From the human T2T-CHM13v2.0 reference genome, Homo sapiens, in the NCBI RefSeq assembly GCF_009914755.1, contig NC_060947.1: a stretch of DNA of 64,000 nucleotides; one strand, written 5' to 3'. Below the pieces are notes generated by a model. It searched no databases. It was not told the DNA's origin and saw only the letters and a program-made list of their open reading frames with translations. Every line of letters begins with the position of its first letter. Position 1 is the first letter of the stretch. Shown here one piece after another: positions 55,701 to 64,000 of the stretch. Position numbers and translations under genes: made by a program.

Positions 55701-56494
55701 TTTATTATTATTATTATTATTATACTTTAAGTTTTAGGGTACATGTGCACATTGTGCAGGTTAGTTACGTATGTATACATGTGCCATGCTGGTGTGCTGC
55801 ACCCACTAACTCGTCATTTAGCATTAGGTATATCTCCCAATGCTATCCCTCCCGCCTCCCTCCACCCCACAACAGTCCCCAGAGTGTGATGTTCCCCTTC
55901 CTGTGTCCATGTGTTCTCATTGTTCAATTCCCACCTATGAGTGAGAATATGTGGTGTTTGGTTTTTTGTTCTTGAGAGAGTTTACTGAGAATGATGATTT
56001 CCAATTTCATCCATGTCCCTACAAAGGACATGAACTCATCATTTTTTTGTGGCTGCATAGTATTCCATGGTGTATATGTGCCACATTTTCTTAATCCAGT
56101 CTATCATTGTTGGATATTTGGGTTGGTTCCAAGTCTTTGCTATTGTGAATAGTGCCGCAATGAACATACGTGTGCATGTGTCTTTATAGCAGCATGATTT
56201 ATAGTCCTTTGGGTATATACCGAGTAATGGGATGGCTGGGTCAATTGGTATTTCTAGTTCTAGATCCCTGAGGAATCCCCACACTGACTTCCAGAAGGGT
56301 TGAACTAGTTTACAGTCCCACCAACAGTGTAAAAGTGTTCCTATTTCTCCACATCCTCTCCAGCACCTGTTGTTTCTTGACTTTTTAATGATTGCCATTC
56401 TAACTGGTGTGAGATGGTATCTCATTGTGGTTTTGATTTGCATTTCTCTGATGGCCAGTGATCATGAGCATTTTTTCATGTGTTTTTTGGCTGC
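55701..56494 (-). mobile_element. Young 5'-truncated L1PA (~0.8 kb), no clear TSD
   Basis: (TTA)n tail, 3'UTR and ORF2 end in antisense. Confidence 0.96.
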
Positions 56495-56943
56495 TATAAG
56501 AAGGTTTTTATTTTCAAATAGAATTTGTTAAACAAATATAATCCTAATCAGGCGATCTACTTACTCTTGAGTGTGTTTTGGTAGTCTGTATCTTTCAAGT
56601 AACATGTACATTTTATGTGAGTTGCCATATATATTAACACAAAGTTGTTTATAATATTGCCTTATTTTTCTTTTAATATCTGTAAGATGATATCTGTGAT
56701 GTCATCTCTCTTAGTCCCGGTATTGGTAATTTGTGTCTTCTCTGTCCTATTTTCCTGATCTGTCTGGTGAGAAAATTTATCAATATTGCCAATCTTCTCA
56801 AACAACCAGCATTTGGTTTCACTGATCCTATCTTTAGCATTTTCTGTTTTCTATTTCATTGATTTCTGCTATCTTTATTATTTCTTATTTTGAATTTTAT
56901 TTGCTTTTATTTTTCTTGCTTCTTAAGGTAGAAGTTAAAGTAA

Positions 56944-57331
<388 letters not shown>

Positions 57332-60300
57332 TGATATGATATATTTTTAAGTACTGATTTAGCAGCATCTTAAAAATTTTGTGCTTTTTATTTACTTTAA
57401 AATACTCCTTAATTTCCTGTTTATTTTTTCTTTGATCTGTAGTTTTTCAGATGCTGTTACATAGTTTCTAACATTTTGAGATTTTCCAGATAAATTCTGT
57501 TATTTATTTCCAGTTTAATTTTATTAGGGTAAGAAAACATATTTTTGTATGACTTAAATCTATTTTAAAATTAATGATACTTGTTTAAGGCCCAGAATGT
57601 ATTCAATCACGGTAAATGTTCCATAAGTATTTCATGAGAATGTATGCGAATGTACGCTTTACTACTATTAGGCGCAGTGCTTTATGCTATGTCAAGTTTG
57701 TTAAGTTGTCTAAGTCTTCAACTTCTAAATCCTTACCAATGTTTTGTCTACTTGTTAATGAGAGAAAAGTATTGAAATATCTTACTATATCTGTGGATTT
57801 GTTTTTCCTTCATGTATTTTGAACCTCTGTTCTTCTAGTAAGGATTTTTAGCATTTCTAAGTGCTTGTGATGAATTATTTCACATTTTATGTGACTTAAA
57901 AGTCATTAATTTGCCTCCATTTATGGAATATGTTTTAGATGAATATAGAATTTTAAATTGATTCATTTTCTTTCAATACTAAATAATTATTGCTTTACTG
58001 TCTTCTTGCTTGCCTTTTTCCTGAAGCAAAATCTGTCATTCTAATTTTTGTTCCTATACACATAATAATTTTTGCCCTCTGGCTACTTTCAAGGTTTTCT
58101 CTTTGGCATTGGCTTTAAGAATTTAATTGTGCTACTGTCTGGTATAGTTTTCTTCACATTTCATGTTCTTGGGATTTGCTGGGCTTTTTGGATGTGCAGG
58201 TTTGTATTTTTCATAATATATAGAAAAATTTAAGCCATTATCTCTTCAAGTAGTTTACTCTGTACCATCCCTCTACTTTCTTGTGGGGAACTTCAATTTT
58301 ATATACATTTGGCTTCTTAGTTCTTTTTTCTGCGTTTCATTTTCAATGCTTTATAGTTGCACGACTTCAGGTTCAGTAATTTTTCTCCACAATGTCTAAT
58401 TTGTCATTAATTTCTCCCAGTGTATTTTTTATCTCTGACATTGTGATTTACATCTCCATAAGTTTGTGTTTTTTATATATTTCACATTTCTAATTAACTT
58501 TTTGAACCTTTAGAATACATTTATAATAATTTTAAATGTCTCTTTTGATAATTCTAACATCTGTGTCAGGTGTATGTTGATTTTAATTAATAATTAATTA
58601 TGTTATAACTAATTAAGTTATCACTTCCTACTTCTTTGTATGCCTAGTAAACTTTGATTGAATGCCAGGCATTGTAAATTTTACCTTATTGGGTACCAGA
58701 TGCTAATATTTTTATGCATTTTCTTCAGTTTCATTCTGGAATGAAGTTAAAATGCTTGGAAATCTTTTTATCCTTTTGGGTCTTTGAGTTTTTTAAGGAG
58801 AGATCAGACCTGCGTTTAGTGCAGAACTAATTATTCTCCACTACTATTGCTAGTCTTTTCTGAATATTTTATCCATTGCTTTGTGAAATATTAGGTTTTG
58901 CTATGTTAGTGGTACAAAGAGGCACAATTCATGGTCATGTGTGAGAGTCAGGCAGTGTTCCCTCTAATCTCTGATGATTCTTTCCTTAGCCCTGGTTATT
59001 TTCCACACACACGTGACAATAAGTACTGCTGCATACTAAAAGGAGACTCCTCACAGATCTCCAGAGTTCTTTCTCTGTGCAGCAGTCTCTTCTCTGGTAC
59101 TCTGTTCTGTGAACTTTTGCTAATTTTGTCTTCCATATCAGTCCTATCTCCTCAAGTGAGGGCATCTGCTGTACTCCACCTGAGTTTTCCCTCCCTGCCA
59201 TGGCCTGGAAAAGCTCTAAAAGCCATACGTTGGGCCAATAGTAGAGTTCACCTCATTTGTTTTCTATTCCTCAGAGTTCACTTTCATTTGTTGCCTGATC
59301 TTGTTTATCATATTTTTATTTGTGTACCTGTGTTTCCTTGTATCCTTATAATAAAATATCAGCTCCATGAAGTTCAGGCCTTTGGTTCAGTGTTGAGTAC
59401 AATAGCAGCTACCATCTTTCTACTATGTTCTAGCACTTATGCTCACTATCACCCTGGGAGGTAAGTTTTATTAGTTTTATTTGCACTTGAGCAAGCATGC
59501 GCTGAATGCTAGACAGACTTGCCCTCCAGTGATACAAAGCATGTAAGAAGTGACAAAGTTTTTGTTTGACCTGAAGTCACTTAGGGAAGCCAAGTGGGAT
59601 TTTGTTTTGCCATATATAGTATCGTTAGGCAGATTCATATCAACATGACTGAAGGCTCACTAAGGACAGTCACCACAATTTTGCTCCATTTTTACCTCTG
59701 ACTCCTAGTCCAGTGATCAGAACCCAATAAGAAATCAAGAATTACTCGATACATCTTTCTTTTTGGGGGGAGTAGGTCCATTTTTAATAAAATTGTATTT
59801 ATATGAAATGATATGACACTCTTTTATTGGGTTGAGAATTATCCAGTAGGGAAGAAAGTTAGGATCTAGAAGTCTAATAGTTGGAACAAGAGCCACCAGG
59901 AGTCGATGATGTATGTTATAACTTGGTAGTTGGTACAAGGGATTTTCTTGTATTATTCTATCTAATTATTTGTATTTTTGACATATGCCATTGAAATAAA
60001 TAAAACTGATGTTATGTAATGGGATTCATTCTATAATGATATTCTTCAGTAACTCTCCCACACATCATTTTGGATTTATTTTTCTCTAAGTGTCAAAACA
60101 AAAGTTTAATTAATTCAACAATTAAAGATAGGTGGATTTGCTGTCATTTTGTGAGTGAAGAATTTATCTATGTTGCAATAAAGTCATTTCAATTACCAAA
60201 GTTATCTGCCTGCCACATTTTTTGGAAGCACTTATTTTGAAGGAAAAGGCTTTGAAATTTTAGGACTTTTGTTTGAATCACACATGTGCACCTATTGCTA

Positions 60301-60859
60301 TGTGACTTTCTACATTCTAAAAATCATAACTCACACATTCTTGAGAAAATTAAAGGAGATAAAGCATTAAAGCACCAAGCATAGTACTAAAATATCAAAA
60401 GGACTCAATTAGTATTATGATGGCGTTGTTTTTAGAGCCAAAATTCAAATGTAGCCATTGTCATGACTGGACACAACTCTAGTGTTTAGAAAGCCATTTC
60501 ACATATACACATCTAACTCAGCATATTATCTCCACTTCATTAGTGGAAAAGTATGTTTCAGACAGTTCTGATAGCAAGGATATTAGGTAGAACAGAGTGC
60601 AAGGTGAAAAAGAACACAAGTGTCTGGTTTCTAGTCCACTGTACTTTTCTTCTTTGGTCAGGAAATATCTGCCATTTTATCCCCTTTGCCCCCAGGCCTG
60701 TTATGGTACCCAATGACAAAAGCTAATACCTTAGGAATCATCCAGACTAATACCTCTTTCTTCCACTTCCTAATTTATGCTTCAATTTCTTTATTCCAGC
60801 CTATTTTATTTCCATATTTCCTACCACAGCCCACACCACCTCATTATCCATTGTCTTTC

Positions 60860-61050
60860 TAGACATACTCTGTTCATTTTATGCATGCCATGTACCAGGC
60901 ACTGTACTCAGAGCTGGGGACACAATGGTGAAGGAAACATATTCCTTGACCTTTGGCAGGTCTGGGACTAATGGGTGATTCAGACAAAGAACTGCTTGTT
61001 TACAACACAGGAAGACTAGGGTTGTGGTAGAGGAAGTACAGAGTGCCATG
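60860..61050 (-). mobile_element. L2 fragment
   Basis: ccatgtaccaggcactgtactcagagctggggacacaatggtga. Confidence 0.6.
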
Positions 61051-62572
61051 AGAGCTTTGAATCTCATGTAATTAATAATCCTATCTGGGTCTGTTTCCTT
61101 GAGCAGGAATACAGGGGTTGTCCCTTCCTATATGTGTGTCTTTTGCAACAAGAGAACCCTTCCCAGAAATGCTCTGTTCCCAAATTCCATTTACAGATAA
61201 TATTTTATTTTCTGAGCCTGAATGAAATCTTGGTTATATTTGGGACATTAAAACAGAGCCTTCACCACATGCAATCCAGTGACATTCCAAGTAAAAAAAA
61301 AAAAATTGTGCATTTTCATTCAGCTTTACTTGTGGTAGATGAAAAGAAAATTGATGTTGACAAAGTTTTTCCATCTGCTATTACTGCTATTACCTTCATC
61401 CTAACAGCTGAGTTGTGCAACTGTGATGGTGTCTCTCTTTACACCAATATATAAGAGGCTCTATGGAAACTGGACTGAGTGAAACAGACATAGACCCAGC
61501 CATCATGGGGCTTACAAGATATTATAACAAACTGTGATGAGTGCTTTCTGATATGGGGAGTACAGGATGCTATGACCATTAGTGCAGGAATCTATTCGAG
61601 TTTATGAGAATTTATGCCTTTTCTGTGTTTTCCATATTGGAAACACAACCAAGATTTTGAACTCATTTATTAGGTGTTTTATGCTAATAAAAATTATAAT
61701 ATTAGGGTGTAAATCATTGAATACATTATTCACAGATATGCTGTGGCAAGTGGCACTAGCAGTGGAGAAATGGATATTTTAGGAAGTGGAATATTCATAG
61801 ACAGTTTTATTGAATCTGTTGGAAAATCCAAATGGTATGGCTTAGGCTTCTTCAGAATTTCTAGAAGAATTCCTGCAGTTAGCTGGCAGCAGATTTCTGT
61901 CTCAAAAGTGTCCAGAACGTGAGCCTCTTGCATCAGGAATATAGCTCATTTAGGATGCTGTCCTTTGCAATAAGAGTTCCATTTAGCACTTTCAGGCGAA
62001 ATAGTATCAAGTACCAAAAAAGAGGCTGCCTCTGCTTGTGAGCCTCTTTATAAATATGAACGAAAATTTTCTTTTTTTTTGATAAAGCAAAAAGCAATAT
62101 GGACATTGTTTATTTCACAGTAAAATACAGTATAACTGGCAAAGTGTTGAAGCTGATAACTATTCATCGTTAGGTAACTGATTTATACATTACAGACCAA
62201 CACAAGTTTCTGCTCTCCTGTCATTAATTACATTTTACTATAATTATATCATGATGCATATAAACTTAGAAATTATCATACTACAAAAATGATTTAACAG
62301 CACATTTTATGCATCTTAATAAGCACAGACTCAGACTCTTAATCTTTTCGAAAACAAGGATGTTAAATTCTATCCTTGTTCTGAACTTCATAATGCTTTT
62401 CATAGAAGACTACCATCTCTTTGTCTCCAACATTCCACATGCCTCAAAAATCTATTTATGGAATGGAAGGTGGACATTTAGGGGTACTGTAGAACACAAA
62501 ATGTGCTTCAATTCTTCTTAATCCTAAATAAGCCTTATTTTCCCAGTCTGTCTTTTTTTTTCAAATTCATTG

Positions 62573-64000
<1,428 letters not shown>

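Noticed and set aside
58931-59464. 177-aa ORF
   Set aside because: Lies largely in antisense old L1 sequence; no coding signature.

Overview
Primate (ape-like) nuclear DNA made mostly of interspersed repeats: old L1M/L1PB/L1PA elements, six young L1PA-type insertions, about 12 Alu/FLAM copies, THE1/MST/MLT1/LTR41-like LTRs, a MER1B DNA transposon, and MIR/L2 relics. I find no protein-coding gene I can identify; the long ORFs are L1 ORF2 or MaLR remnants, or chance ORFs. The signal is in the retrotransposition mechanics. (1) One L1 carries an ~860-bp 3' transduction inside a 16-bp TSD (16023-18308). (2) Two separate L1 insertions (16039 and 30590) share a near-identical, older-looking 3' end with the same ORF2 nonsense codon, while their upstream parts differ far more, which suggests chimeric sources or gene conversion. 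(3) Four L1s are 5'-inverted (twin-primed). (4) Two young L1s lack TSDs. (5) A tailless Alu 5' fragment has a perfect 16-bp flanking duplication. Subfamily names come from my recall of consensus sequences and need RepeatMasker/Dfam confirmation. Boundaries of old repeats are approximate.
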